Below, in pieces: positions 36,293 to 49,124 of a DNA stretch of 64,000 nucleotides (position 1 is its first letter; each line of letters opens with the position of its first letter). The stretch is from Alphaproteobacteria bacterium (GTDB taxonomy: Bacteria; Pseudomonadota; Alphaproteobacteria; Rickettsiales; UBA3002): contig JAFLDD010000001.1 of NCBI GenBank assembly GCA_017302575.1, forward strand, positions 713,988-777,987, given 5' to 3'. Made by a program: the position numbers and the translations under genes. The notes under the pieces were generated by a model that made no database searches, was not told where the DNA came from, and saw only the letters and a program-made list of their open reading frames with translations.

Positions 36293-38163
36293 GCACGCGC
36301 GATAGCGAAACTGAATTTCTCGAAGCGCAAGCACAGGTCGCGCAGGCTATTTCAGGTAAGCAAGAGTTGCATGTGATGGTTGGCCTCAACCGTGTGAGCG
36401 ACGAGCCACTTGCACTGCGCGAATCGATTCTGATTGCTAAGCTGAATCATGCCGTACCCGAAGAAATGACGCGGCATATGCGTGCGCAGGTGGATTTAGC
36501 AGCCTTAGCGCTGAAGCACCATAATAGCACCATGCACACAAAGAGCCGCCCTGCGGATATTCGTGCAGGCGCTGTGTTTGATGCGCTCGAGCTCATTCGA
36601 CTTGAAGCGATTGGTGGCGAAGCGATGCAAGGAGTTCGCCATAATCTTGCCGAGCGCCACCGCATGCATTGTGATTTGCAAGGCTATGCGCGGATGCAGG
36701 GGCGCGAGGAACTTGCCCTGCCTGACGTTGTTGCCATGATCGCGCGTGAGGCTATGACGGGACAAAAGCCCCCAGAGTCGATTGAGAAACTGGTGGCCAT
36801 GTGGCGCCCGTGGGTGGAAGAGAAAGTGCTGCCACAATTAGGTGAGCTTGCCGCATTAAAGCACGACCAGAAGCGCTTCTCGAAGTTGGTGCAAACCATG
36901 TTGCGCGAATTGGAGTTTATGGGAAGCATGGCAACGGGCGCTGGCGAGTCTGACCCGACGAGCAGCGAGCAGCTTCAGGACATGGAAGGTTACGGCGAGC
37001 AAGAAGACGAAACTGATGAAGAGCCGATGATGTCGCTCAAGTCATCGCGCCGCAGCAGCGACCCAGAAGATGGTGAAGACGGAACCATGGAATCCGCCAC
37101 CGATGCAGATCAAGACACGGAAGAAGAATTCGACGCACGCGATAAAACGCCCAATGCTACGCCCAATCGCGCCGAGTTTGCACCTTGGGCAGATATTCCA
37201 ACCTATCATGCGTTTAGCACCTCTCACGACGAAACGGTGGAGGCAGACATGCTGGCACCGCATGATGAATTGCAGCGCTTGTTTGAGCAACTCATGTTGA
37301 AGGTAAAGCAATACCACACCGTTACCTCGCGCTTGGCGACGCGCTTGCAGCGCTTGCTACTCGCACAGCAAGCACGCCAATGGATTTACGAGCAAGAGGA
37401 CGGCATGATTGATAATGCGCGCCTTGCATCAATTGTAGCGCGGCCCGATATGCGTGAGATTTATAAGATCGAAAAGGACACGGATTTTCGTGACACGGTG
37501 GTATCGCTGCTTATCGATAATTCGGGATCTATGCGTGGCAGGCCGATTACCATTGCGGCATTGAGTGCTGACATTCTGGCGCGCACACTTGAGCGCTGCG
37601 GTGTAAAAGTAGAAATTCTTGGCTTCACCACGCGTGATTGGAAGGGTGGCTTTGTTCGCAAGGAATGGGTGGAAGCTGGCAGACCTGAAAACCCTGGGCG
37701 ACTCAATGACCTTCGGCACATCATATATAAATCTGCCAACCAGCGCTTACAGCGTGCGCGACGCAATCTTGGCCTCATGCTCAAAGACGGTATTTTGAAA
37801 GAGAATATCGATGGTGAAGCCATTTTATGGGCATATGAGCGGCTACGAACGCGCCCAGAGCAACGCAAAATCCTGATGGTGATATCCGATGGTGCACCCG
37901 TGGATGACTCGACCCTATCAGCGAATTCGAGCAGCTATCTGGATCTGCATTTGCGCGAGGTCATCAAGCGCATCGAGCGCGAGAATGCCGTGGAAATGCT
38001 AGCGATTGGTATTGGCCATGATGTAACCCGCTATTACGGACGCGCCATTACGATTCATGATGTCGAGCAGCTTGGTGATACGATGCTCAAAGAAATCACG
38101 CGACTCTTTGTGAAAGAGGATAGCCGAAGCACGCGTAAGTCACAGCGTAAACGCGCCGCTTAA
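36289..38163 (+). CDS. cobT: CobT-type vWA-domain protein (cobaltochelatase subunit homologue)
   Basis: 624 aa with a central acidic low-complexity linker and a C-terminal vWA domain carrying the MIDAS motif [10 protein letters not shown]. Confidence 0.85.
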   Translation: MSTRDSETEFLEAQAQVAQAISGKQELHVMVGLNRVSDEPLALRESILIAKLNHAVPEEMTRHMRAQVDLAALALKHHNSTMHTKSRPADIRAGAVFDALELIRLEAIGGEAMQGVRHNLAERHRMHCDLQGYARMQGREELALPDVVAMIAREAMTGQKPPESIEKLVAMWRPWVEEKVLPQLGELAALKHDQKRFSKLVQTMLRELEFMGSMATGAGESDPTSSEQLQDMEGYGEQEDETDEEPMMSLKSSRRSSDPEDGEDGTMESATDADQDTEEEFDARDKTPNATPNRAEFAPWADIPTYHAFSTSHDETVEADMLAPHDELQRLFEQLMLKVKQYHTVTSRLATRLQRLLLAQQARQWIYEQEDGMIDNARLASIVARPDMREIYKIEKDTDFRDTVVSLLIDNSGSMRGRPITIAALSADILARTLERCGVKVEILGFTTRDWKGGFVRKEWVEAGRPENPGRLNDLRHIIYKSANQRLQRARRNLGLMLKDGILKENIDGEAILWAYERLRTRPEQRKILMVISDGAPVDDSTLSANSSSYLDLHLREVIKRIERENAVEMLAIGIGHDVTRYYGRAITIHDVEQLGDTMLKEITRLFVKEDSRSTRKSQRKRAA

Positions 38164-38173
38164 CTGCAGGCAT

Positions 38174-38205
38174 AAAAAAAGGCGCCATGCGGCGCCTTTT
38201 CATTT
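38174..38205. terminator. bidirectional intrinsic terminator between cobT and rpmB
   Basis: AAAAAAA-GGCGCC-ATGC-GGCGCC-TTTTCATTTTT. It has a perfect 6-bp GC stem (extendable with A/U pairs). Confidence 0.8.
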
Positions 38206-38219
38206 TTGGCTAACACGCC

Positions 38220-38519
38220 TTATGCAGCTTGAGCCGCGATGCGTGCTTTCACGATGCGGCGCTTCAATGCACGCGCTTCGTCTGACAATTTAGCGCTGTG
38301 AACGCTCATCAGGTAGTTATCAAGACCACCATTATGGTCGATGGTGCGCAGCGTGTTGGTGCTGATGCGCAGCTTCACCGTGGTGCCCAGCGAGTCCGAA
38401 ATCAGCGAAACAGGCTGCAAGTTCGGCATAAAGCGGCGCTTGGTTTTAATGTTAGAGTGTGAACGATTGTTACCGCTCATCACGCCTTTATCTTTGTTAA
38501 TATCACAACGCTTCGACAT
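38220..38519 (-). CDS. rpmB: 50S ribosomal protein L28
   Basis: 99 aa with the alphaproteobacterial L28 pattern MSKRC....KGVMSGNNRSHSN.KTKRRF.PNLQ. Confidence 0.93.
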   Translation of the reverse strand: MSKRCDINKDKGVMSGNNRSHSNIKTKRRFMPNLQPVSLISDSLGTTVKLRISTNTLRTIDHNGGLDNYLMSVHSAKLSDEARALKRRIVKARIAAQAA

Positions 38520-38575
38520 CGCCGATTCTCTCTATTTTTCTGTATGTTACTGCATATTCGCGGGGTGGAAAAGCC

Positions 38576-38584
38576 TGTGGATAA
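38576..38584 (-). promoter_or_regulatory. perfect DnaA box (TTATCCACA on minus strand) in the rpmB leader
   Basis: The plus strand reads TGTGGATAA at 38576-38584, between the putative rpmB -10 element and the ATG. Confidence 0.4.
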
Positions 38585-38610
38585 CCACTGAAATCTCCGC
38601 GCGGACTGGC

Positions 38611-38639
38611 TATCTAACAGAGTTTCGCCCTGCCGTCAA
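38611..38639 (-). promoter_or_regulatory. candidate sigma-70 promoter of rpmB (TTGACG-N17-TAGATA)
   Basis: The minus strand reads TTGACG (38634-38639), a 17-nt spacer, then TAGATA (38611-38616). The rpsT promoter candidate has the same architecture. Confidence 0.45.
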
Positions 38640-38674
38640 GCATAATATTGTGCGATGCGGAAAAAATCGCCATA

Positions 38675-39622
38675 TTAGTGGGGCGGCAAATCCCCTGTCC
38701 CAATCACGCGGTTGAAGGTTTCCATAGCCGCACGCGTCGCTTTATCGAAGAACGCGATGCCTGTGCTGCTCAGCGCTTTGGTTTGGCCACGCGCTTTTTC
38801 GACATAACCATTATCTAACAGCAAGTCGGCACCTGTTTTCAGGCCAGACTTACGCGCGGCAATATCAGCGGTTTTGCTAGCAAGCTCTTCGATAGGTATC
38901 CACTTACCGTCCTGCAATTGCAGGCGCCATGCCTCTGCCTCTTCGAGGGTTTTGCCTTGTGCAACCATTTGGTCAATCTGGATCTGCGCCAAAGGTGTTT
39001 TCACAAAGGCAGGGCTTACGGTGTTCACGGCGATGTTATGCGGTGCGAGGTCGATCGCCGCCGTTTCCGTCAAGGCACGCAGACCAAATTTGGATGCGCA
39101 ATAGGCTGCACGCCCTGGTGATACTACGTGTGCGTGTACGGAAGTAACATTGATAATATTACCACCACCAGCTGCTTTCATAAACGGTACGGCAGCATGA
39201 GTTGCGTAGAACGCGCCGTTGAGGTTCACATCAATCAGATTTTTCCAGCGCTCGGGTTCCACCTGATCAACCGGCACAGGAACTTGCACACCCGCGTTAT
39301 TGACAAGGATATCAATTTTACCGCCACCCAATGCTGCAGTTGCTTTTACTAAAGCTACGTTTGAATTATAGTCACCAGCCTCAGATTCTTGGAAACCAAT
39401 CGCGCGATTTGGATAGCTTGCTTTAATCGCATCCAGCGTTGCGGTGAATTCTGCACGCTGTTTTTCAACTTCCGCTGGATCTTTATGCATGAATTTGCCT
39501 GTGAACATTACGTTGGCACCGCGCGCTAACATTTCCTGCGCAATGGCAAGACCAATGCCGCTGGTCGAGCCTGTCACCAGCGCTGTTTTGCCCACTAAGT
39601 CTTGCGTTTTCTCTGTTGTCAT
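38675..39622 (-). CDS. short-chain dehydrogenase/reductase (3-hydroxybutyrate dehydrogenase-like) with a roughly 60-aa C-terminal extension
   Basis: 315 aa with motifs TALVTGSTSGIGLAIA (TGxxxGxG), NNAG and YCASKFG (YxxxK). Confidence 0.8.
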   Translation of the reverse strand: MTTEKTQDLVGKTALVTGSTSGIGLAIAQEMLARGANVMFTGKFMHKDPAEVEKQRAEFTATLDAIKASYPNRAIGFQESEAGDYNSNVALVKATAALGGGKIDILVNNAGVQVPVPVDQVEPERWKNLIDVNLNGAFYATHAAVPFMKAAGGGNIINVTSVHAHVVSPGRAAYCASKFGLRALTETAAIDLAPHNIAVNTVSPAFVKTPLAQIQIDQMVAQGKTLEEAEAWRLQLQDGKWIPIEELASKTADIAARKSGLKTGADLLLDNGYVEKARGQTKALSSTGIAFFDKATRAAMETFNRVIGTGDLPPH

Positions 39623-39695
39623 TGCTCACACTCCTCGTTGTTATGGGGGAGTACTTAGCAAGATATTATGACGGTTTTATGACGGTTTGAAACGT

Positions 39696-39749
39696 TTAAG
39701 CCTCGATATTCGCTTTGAGTGCGCTCTTTGTGAACGTTGATGTGACAAT
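39696..39749 (-). pseudogene. dead copy of the gyrB 3-prime end (17 codons plus stop)
   Basis: 25 of 28 nt at 39696-39723 are identical to gyrB 40229-40256. It translates as IVTSTFTKSALKANIEA*, versus the GyrB C-terminus ..[14 protein letters not shown]. An in-frame stop at 39750-39752 closes it upstream. Confidence 0.6.
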
Positions 39750-39839
39750 CTACCATCCCGTTATTGTTCATCAAATCTTCACACAAGCCTATAGCGAACT
39801 ACAGTAAGTTAGCCATATTACTTCAAATAGGGGTTATTC

Positions 39840-40172
39840 ATGACAGTGCCGGATGGAGAAAGAAACGGATTATCTAATACTCAATTCTCTTTTTTATGCG
39901 CGCCTGCCGAGCTTCGCAAGATTGTTACGGAGTGCGGCGGAAGCATTAGGGGTCTCGCAATCTATAATAACAATGAATATGTGTTTAAGTTGTGTGATAA
40001 TGAATTCTTGGGACAACATGTTGATCTCAAGCAGTTTGGGGCAGCTTTAGAAAATAGAGGTCTTTACTTACACCTCAAACAACATGAGGGCTATGTCTCC
40101 GTGAGGTTTGAAGACCCCACCAATGTATTAGGGGCAGCTTTGGCTCGAGAAAGTCAAAAAGTTGCAAGATAA
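39840..40172 (+). CDS. hypothetical protein (orphan, 110 aa)
   Basis: The ORF has an ATG start and patchy AT-rich composition (stretches near 30-40% GC counted by hand). No motif was recognised. It lies between the two gyrB-end copies and is followed by a hairpin and T-run. Confidence 0.5.
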   Translation: MTVPDGERNGLSNTQFSFLCAPAELRKIVTECGGSIRGLAIYNNNEYVFKLCDNEFLGQHVDLKQFGAALENRGLYLHLKQHEGYVSVRFEDPTNVLGAALARESQKVAR

Positions 40173-40175
40173 CAA

Positions 40176-40209
40176 AAGAAAAGGGCACTCTTTAGAGATA
40201 CCCTTTTTA
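40176..40209. terminator. hairpin with flanking A/T runs between the orphan ORF and the gyrB stop
   Basis: AAAAGAAAA-GGGCACTC-TTTA-GAGATACCC-TTTTT. The stem is imperfect (one mismatch, one bulge). Confidence 0.45.
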
Positions 40210-40228
40210 TTTGCGCTTAAATCAATCT

Positions 40229-43778
<3,550 letters not shown>

Positions 43779-43924
43779 GAATGCAACCTATCAGACAAAT
43801 GCTGAACGCAGCAAGTTGGATGCAGTGCAAGGAATCACCGCTCGCAGAAGCGGAGCGTGCGTTTCGGTATGTGAGCATTCGAGAACGGAGATGACGACGC
43901 AATCCGCCAACTTCATGCGTTCAA

Positions 43925-45040
43925 TCACACGCGCATTGGCATGATGACGTAAAGCGCGCCGACATCCGCAGGGTCACGCACGATCGTTGGTGACGCAGAA
44001 TCCGCGAATACGAATTGCGCTACTTCACCCTCGATTTGCTGCATCATGTCGAGCAGGTAACGTGAGTTAAACCCAATCTCCACCGTGTCTGCGCCATAGG
44101 AAACGGCGAGTTCTTCGGTTGCAGTGCCCTGCTCGCTTGCGCTTGCAGTGAGCGTCAGTTTGCTTGGGTTCAGCGCGAGTTTGATGCCGCGTGATTTCTC
44201 GGAGGTAATTACTGAAACACGGTCAACCGCCGCGCTGAAAATTTTACCGTCCACTTCCATGATTTTGTCGTTACCGGTTGGGATAACGCGCTCATAGTCT
44301 GGGAAGGTACCGTCAATCAGTTTGCTGACAAGCACTGCATTACCCACTGCGAATTTGATTTTGGTTTCCGACATGGAAATTTCCACCGTGTCGCCACCTT
44401 CTTCAACGAGTTTGTAGAGCTCGCCAACGGTTTTGCGTGGAATGATAACGCCTGGAATTTTCGCCGCACCATCTGGCAGCGCCACTTCCATACGCGCCAA
44501 GCGGTGGCCGTCTGTTGCCACTGCACGCAGTACCGCAGCACCCGCGTTGTTCGCAGCATGCAGGTAAATACCGTTGAGGTAGTAACGCGTTTCCTCGGTC
44601 GAAATCGCGAAGCGGGTTTTCTCGAGCAGCGCTTTGCACTCGGCAGGCGTAATGGTGAAGCTATGCGCCAAGTCACCTTCGGCCATTACGGGGAAGTCGT
44701 CCACCGGCAGGGCAGCGAGCGAGAATTTCGACTGGCCTGCTTTAATCGTCAGCTTGCCTGAGTCACCCAATTTCAATTCAACATTCGAGCCGTCTGGAAG
44801 CTTGCGCACGATTTCCCAGAACATGTGAGCAGGAACAGTGGTCGCACCTTTGTCACCCACTTCGGCTTTGACGCGCTCAACAATCGCGATTTCCATGTCG
44901 GTTGCTGTTAATGCCAGCTCACCGTTTGCCGCTTCGAGCTTTACGTTCGCAAGAATGGGAATAGTCCCGCGACGCTCCACCACAGACTGGATGGGAGCAA
45001 GTGCCTTCATGAGTACTGCGCGTTCAATGACTAGCTTCAT
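43925..45040 (-). CDS. dnaN: DNA polymerase III beta sliding clamp
   Basis: 371 aa with the typical N-terminus MKLVIERAVLMKAL..VVERRGTIPILANVKLEA and a three-domain length. Confidence 0.95.
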   Translation of the reverse strand: MKLVIERAVLMKALAPIQSVVERRGTIPILANVKLEAANGELALTATDMEIAIVERVKAEVGDKGATTVPAHMFWEIVRKLPDGSNVELKLGDSGKLTIKAGQSKFSLAALPVDDFPVMAEGDLAHSFTITPAECKALLEKTRFAISTEETRYYLNGIYLHAANNAGAAVLRAVATDGHRLARMEVALPDGAAKIPGVIIPRKTVGELYKLVEEGGDTVEISMSETKIKFAVGNAVLVSKLIDGTFPDYERVIPTGNDKIMEVDGKIFSAAVDRVSVITSEKSRGIKLALNPSKLTLTASASEQGTATEELAVSYGADTVEIGFNSRYLLDMMQQIEGEVAQFVFADSASPTIVRDPADVGALYVIMPMRV

Positions 45041-45126
45041 AGTTTTTCTCTGAATTTTAGTAGGTTAGTGCGATGATGCGCTCGTTATATAGGAGCGGCC
45101 AAACGGCGTGCAAGGAAAGTTGAAAC

Positions 45127-45135
45127 TTATCCACA
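45127..45135 (+). promoter_or_regulatory. perfect DnaA box TTATCCACA in the dnaN / rmlA-like divergent intergenic region
   Basis: Read directly in the sequence, 87 nt upstream of the dnaN ATG (45040) and 59 nt upstream of the opposite-strand ATG 45194. Confidence 0.45.
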
Positions 45136-45193
45136 ATTGCTTTGCTTCCCGCGTCATGGCGCATTAGAAAGAGCGCAGAACAAGGGGTTGCAT

Positions 45194-46084
45194 ATGAAGG
45201 GTATTATTCTCTTAGGGGGTCGTGGCTCACGCCTTTATCCCGTTACGAATTGCATCAATAAGCATCTATTGCCTGTCTATGACAAGCCAATGGTCTATTA
45301 CCCCTTATCCACGCTCATGCTCGGCGGCATTCGTGAATATCTCATGATTTCCTCGCCCGAGGACCTACCGCAATTCAAACAGCTCTTTGGCGATGGTTCC
45401 CGCCTTGGTTTGAAGATTACCTATGCTGAGCAGGCAGAGCCGAAAGGCATTGCCCAAGCGTTCACGATTGGCGAGAAATTTATTGGCAAGGAACCCGTGA
45501 CGCTCATATTAGGCGATAACATCTTCTATGGTGACGCAATTCAGCAGCGCTTGCAAAGCGCGATTAGCGATAATGTCGGCGGCACGATTTTCGCCTACCG
45601 CGTGCGCGACCCGCAGCGTTTTGGCGTGGTGAGTGTCGATAAAAACGGCAAAGCCACCAAGATTATCGAGAAGCCAAAAGACCCTGAGTCCAACTGGGCG
45701 GTGACGGGGCTTTATGTCTATAACAACGACGTGATTGAGATTGCTAAGAACCTCAAACCTTCAGGACGCGGCGAACTCGAAATTACGGACGTGAATGCTG
45801 AGTATCTTAAACGTGGCAGTTTGAATGTGAAATTCTGGGGTCGCGGTCTTGCGTGGCTGGATGCAGGTACGCACGACTCATTGCTCGAATCAGGTGACTT
45901 TGTGCGCATCGTTGAAAAGCGCCAAGGTCAGAAACTGGCTTGCCTCGAAGAGATTGCGTATCGCAAAGGCTTCATCAGCTTTGAGCAGTTCGAAACCATC
46001 GTCGCGAACATGCCGTCTTCCACTTATAAAAGCGATGCGGAAGCAATCCTCAAGGAAGAAGCAGAGCTTAGGGCTGCTGCTTAA
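45194..46084 (+). CDS. rfbA: glucose-1-phosphate thymidylyltransferase-like sugar nucleotidyltransferase
   Basis: About 296 aa from MKGIILLGGRGSRLYPVT (G-x-G-x-R-L-x-P), with motifs YDKPMVYYPLS, PKGIAQAF, ILGDNIFYG, VEKP and LELTD-like EITDVN. The track start at 45137 adds 19 unlikely codons. Confidence 0.8.
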   Translation: MKGIILLGGRGSRLYPVTNCINKHLLPVYDKPMVYYPLSTLMLGGIREYLMISSPEDLPQFKQLFGDGSRLGLKITYAEQAEPKGIAQAFTIGEKFIGKEPVTLILGDNIFYGDAIQQRLQSAISDNVGGTIFAYRVRDPQRFGVVSVDKNGKATKIIEKPKDPESNWAVTGLYVYNNDVIEIAKNLKPSGRGELEITDVNAEYLKRGSLNVKFWGRGLAWLDAGTHDSLLESGDFVRIVEKRQGQKLACLEEIAYRKGFISFEQFETIVANMPSSTYKSDAEAILKEEAELRAAA

Positions 46085-46086
46085 GC

Positions 46087-46662
46087 ATGCGACTTCGCCA
46101 CGCATTCGTTTTACTGGGGCTTTTGGTCGTAGGCTGGTTGCTATACACCCGCCTCGCCACGCCGATGCCCGCCTATATTGATGGGGTAAACGCTGCCAAA
46201 CTTACCGAGGCCAGTATTTTCGTCGATAATCTCGATTACGCTGACGATGTCGCCGCACAGCTTTCAGGCACTAAATTACGCGTATTAACGGTGTGCAATG
46301 CTGTGAACCCCAAGTCACTTTTCACCTATCTTGACCGTAGCGGCGCAGATGCGTTTGATGCTCAAGAATGGCTGAAAGAAGCAATTATAGAACGCCGCGA
46401 TGCGCTGAAATGTCTCTTCGATTCAAACGAACGTGCTCAGGCAGAGCTTATGGAAGCGCGCGTGCCTGATGTCGTTTCCGCCTATCAGGATTTTTTAGAC
46501 AGCCCCGCAGCGCGTAATGCCATGGGTGACATTATTGTTGTCCGCACGCGGCCCATTCGTGAACTGCGTGACGTGCCTTGGACTACTCAAAAAGTTGCAA
46601 TGATTATCGAGGACGAGAAGCAACAACGAACCGTCTATGTGTATCGGCAGGTTGCTCGCTAA
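46087..46662 (+). CDS. hypothetical membrane-anchored protein
   Basis: 191 aa with one N-terminal TM helix (FVLLGLLVVGWLLY). The rest is soluble and unrecognised. It starts 2 nt after the upstream stop. Confidence 0.55.
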   Translation: MRLRHAFVLLGLLVVGWLLYTRLATPMPAYIDGVNAAKLTEASIFVDNLDYADDVAAQLSGTKLRVLTVCNAVNPKSLFTYLDRSGADAFDAQEWLKEAIIERRDALKCLFDSNERAQAELMEARVPDVVSAYQDFLDSPAARNAMGDIIVVRTRPIRELRDVPWTTQKVAMIIEDEKQQRTVYVYRQVAR

Positions 46663-46666
46663 CGAA

Positions 46667-46698
46667 AAGGGGCGGCGCTCTTGCGTGCGCCGCCCCTT
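46667..46698. terminator. strong bidirectional hairpin between ORF 46087-46662 and dnaA (convergent)
   Basis: AAGGGGCGGCGC-TCTTGCGT-GCGCCGCCCCTT. It has a perfect 12-bp stem, but the flanking U-runs are short. Confidence 0.6.
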
Positions 46699-46726
46699 CC
46701 CGTTGTTAACCCTTAGGAGGTTATTC

Positions 46727-48145
46727 TTACGTGGCTGACTGCAGCATACGCATCAGCAATTCAACATCATCTGCGAACTCCTGATCGGCTTTGCAGATTT
46801 CGTCGATGCGCTTCACTGCGTGCATGACCGTCGTGTGATCTTTGCCACCGAATTTACGGCCAATCTCTGGCAGCGACTTGGTGGTGAGCTTTTTCGCTAA
46901 ATACATCGCCACCTGACGTGGACGAGCAATCGCCACCGAACGACGCGCCGAGTGCATGTCGCTGATTTTGATATTGTAATGCGCTGCGACTTTCTTCTGA
47001 ATGTCTTCAATCGTGATGCGACGATCATTCGCACGAAGAATATCGTAGAGAACCTCTTGTGTGCTTTCGAGCGTGATAGGCGTGCCTACCAATGTCGTGT
47101 GCGCCACAACGCGGTTCAATGCACCTTCCAGTTCACGCACATTGCTGGTGATCTTGTGCGCCAAGAATTCCAGTACGCGGGCAGGAACATGCACATGTGG
47201 CATTTTCTCGACCTTCGACTGGAGAATGCCCAGACGTAGTTCATAGGTGGTGGTGTGAATGTCTGCCACCAAGCCCCAACCGAGACGTGAACGGATGCGC
47301 TCTTCCATGCCTTCCAACTCGTTTGGCGAGCGGTCAGCCGAGATGATGAGCTGCTTGTTCTGGTCGATCAGCGCGTTGAAGGTGTGGAAGAATTCTTCCT
47401 GCGTTGACTCTTTACCAGCGATGAACTGCACATCATCGACCATCAAGACATCTACCGAACGGAAATATTCTTTGAAGGTCATGGTCTCTTTAGTGCGCAG
47501 GGCGCGGATGAAGAGGTACATGAATTTCTCAGCCGAGAGATAGACCACTTTGCGCGCAGGATCGGTACGGCGGATGTGCCAAGCGATGGCGTGCATCAAG
47601 TGCGTTTTACCAAGACCAACACCACCATATAAGAAGAGCGGGTTACCGCCTTGGGTGACGCTTGAGCTTTCCGACACGCGGCGTGCCGCAGCATGCGCGA
47701 GCTCGTTTGGTTTGCCTACGACAAAGTTGTCGAAGGTATAACGAGGATCAAGTGGCGCACTGATTGTATCTGGATTCAGTGGCTTGTCTTCGTTAGCAGC
47801 GTTGAGCATCGCTGCTTCGATATTGATGTTGCTTGGTGCATTCTGCACAGGGTTCACCATGACTGGTTCCGCCTTCACGAAAATATCCACCGAGTGAATC
47901 GTCTGGTCCTCTTGGCACCAGAAGCGCAAGATATTATCGGCATAATGCGAAAGTATCCACTCACGCATGAAGCGGGTTGGTACAGTCACCATCACCTGAC
48001 CATTCTTCACATCCGCTAGTTTGAGCGGTTGTAACCAGCTTTTGAAAATTGCCTCACCATAGGCGTTACGTAAGCGCTCACGTACGCGCTCCCATTTTGC
48101 GAGGTGTTCGGGCTTGCCTTGATAGTATGCGATCGATTCATTCAT
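46727..48145 (-). CDS. dnaA: chromosomal replication initiator protein DnaA
   Basis: 472 aa with Walker [14 protein letters not shown], Walker B MVDDVQF, the sensor region and a C-terminal DNA-binding domain ([11 protein letters not shown]). Confidence 0.97.
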   Translation of the reverse strand: MNESIAYYQGKPEHLAKWERVRERLRNAYGEAIFKSWLQPLKLADVKNGQVMVTVPTRFMREWILSHYADNILRFWCQEDQTIHSVDIFVKAEPVMVNPVQNAPSNINIEAAMLNAANEDKPLNPDTISAPLDPRYTFDNFVVGKPNELAHAAARRVSESSSVTQGGNPLFLYGGVGLGKTHLMHAIAWHIRRTDPARKVVYLSAEKFMYLFIRALRTKETMTFKEYFRSVDVLMVDDVQFIAGKESTQEEFFHTFNALIDQNKQLIISADRSPNELEGMEERIRSRLGWGLVADIHTTTYELRLGILQSKVEKMPHVHVPARVLEFLAHKITSNVRELEGALNRVVAHTTLVGTPITLESTQEVLYDILRANDRRITIEDIQKKVAAHYNIKISDMHSARRSVAIARPRQVAMYLAKKLTTKSLPEIGRKFGGKDHTTVMHAVKRIDEICKADQEFADDVELLMRMLQSAT

Positions 48146-48160
48146 TTTTTTATTACTCCG

Positions 48161-48610
48161 TTACGCTTGCTCCCAGGGGAGCTTAGCTGCCTTCCAGCCA
48201 GTTACCTGACCGCGTTGGCGATGTTCATTCGATTCACCCTCAAATCCCCCTGCAACATTGTAACAGTGTGTATAGCCCGCAGCAGTCGCAGCGATTGCCG
48301 CATCGAGCGAGCGCCCACCCGTCTTGCACAGGAAGTACAAGGGGGCGGTTTTATCCGATATGGCGGCGCTCAACTGGTTGATAAAACCAGTATTGACCTC
48401 CATCGTCGGATAGAGCTTCCACGATACGCAATGTGTCTTCTTACCAAGTGCATCTAGTGTTGGTACACCCGCGAATACCCATTCGGGCTGGGTGCGAACA
48501 TCCACTAGCTGCGCTTTAGAATCAGACTCCAATGCCTGCCAAGCTTGTTGAGGGGCTACGTCACCAGAGTACGACGCTTTCTCAACATTGGCACGCACGT
48601 GATTCATCAC
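48161..48610 (-). CDS. rhodanese-domain sulfurtransferase
   Basis: 149 aa with the active-site loop CKTGGRS and LVDVRTQPEW. Its stop lies only 15 nt upstream of the dnaA ATG. Confidence 0.8.
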   Translation of the reverse strand: MMNHVRANVEKASYSGDVAPQQAWQALESDSKAQLVDVRTQPEWVFAGVPTLDALGKKTHCVSWKLYPTMEVNTGFINQLSAAISDKTAPLYFLCKTGGRSLDAAIAATAAGYTHCYNVAGGFEGESNEHRQRGQVTGWKAAKLPWEQA

Positions 48611-48725
48611 GCATCCTTATTCAGTTACATGTTGGTGCCTACTGGAGAACCCAGCAGACAATAGCAAAGGGTTTGCCACCTTACGTAGGTAGCGACACAC
48701 ACGAGTTGGTATTCTAATGTTAGGG

Positions 48726-48998
48726 CTAGGCCGCGGCGCGAAGTGACTTGACGCGCGAGGCAAGACGGGAAACTTTGCGCGATGCCGTGCCGAGCTTTAA
48801 TACGCCCTTGCTAACGCCACGCATGATTTCCGGTTGCGCTTGCCGAAGCGCTTCTTGTGCACCCTTAGCGTCTCCGGTTGCAATCGCCGCTTCGACCTTC
48901 TTGATGAAGGTACGGATACGGGTCACGCGTGAACGGTTAACCGCATTGCGGCGTTCCGTCTGACGGATACGTTTTTGGGCTGACTTATGATGTGCCAT
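48726..48998 (-). CDS. rpsT: 30S ribosomal protein S20
   Basis: 90 aa with the pattern [36 protein letters not shown]. Confidence 0.93.
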   Translation of the reverse strand: MAHHKSAQKRIRQTERRNAVNRSRVTRIRTFIKKVEAAIATGDAKGAQEALRQAQPEIMRGVSKGVLKLGTASRKVSRLASRVKSLRAAA

Positions 48999-49052
48999 GG
49001 TTTACCCATTTTGTTGTATGTCTCTCGGGCGGTATTGCCAAAGAGGATGGTA

Positions 49053-49081
49053 TGTCTACTTACGAGATATCCACACGTCAA
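49053..49081 (-). promoter_or_regulatory. candidate sigma-70 promoter of rpsT (TTGACG-N17-TAGACA) with an 8/9 DnaA-box match in the spacer
   Basis: The minus strand reads TTGACG (49076-49081), the spacer TGTGGATATCTCGTAAG, then TAGACA (49053-49058). TGTGGATAT differs from TGTGGATAA at one position. Confidence 0.4.
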
Positions 49082-49124
49082 GCACAAGAAACGTGCTGTT
49101 TCTAAAAAAATTTGATTGACGACT

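Noticed and set aside
36950-37150. Acidic low-complexity stretch (D/E/T/S-rich) that might be a separate repeat element or a frameshifted gene
   Set aside because: It is in frame within CobT and corresponds to the acidic linker normally found between the N-terminal and vWA domains of CobT proteins. No nucleotide-level tandem repeat is present.
48146-48160. Looked for oriC (DnaA-box cluster plus AT-rich unwinding element) next to dnaA
   Set aside because: Only 15 nt separate dnaA from the upstream rhodanese gene. The 153-nt dnaN upstream region has a single box and no AT-rich repeats. No interval in the window has the box cluster and DUE expected of an origin. Alphaproteobacterial origins are often located away from dnaA.
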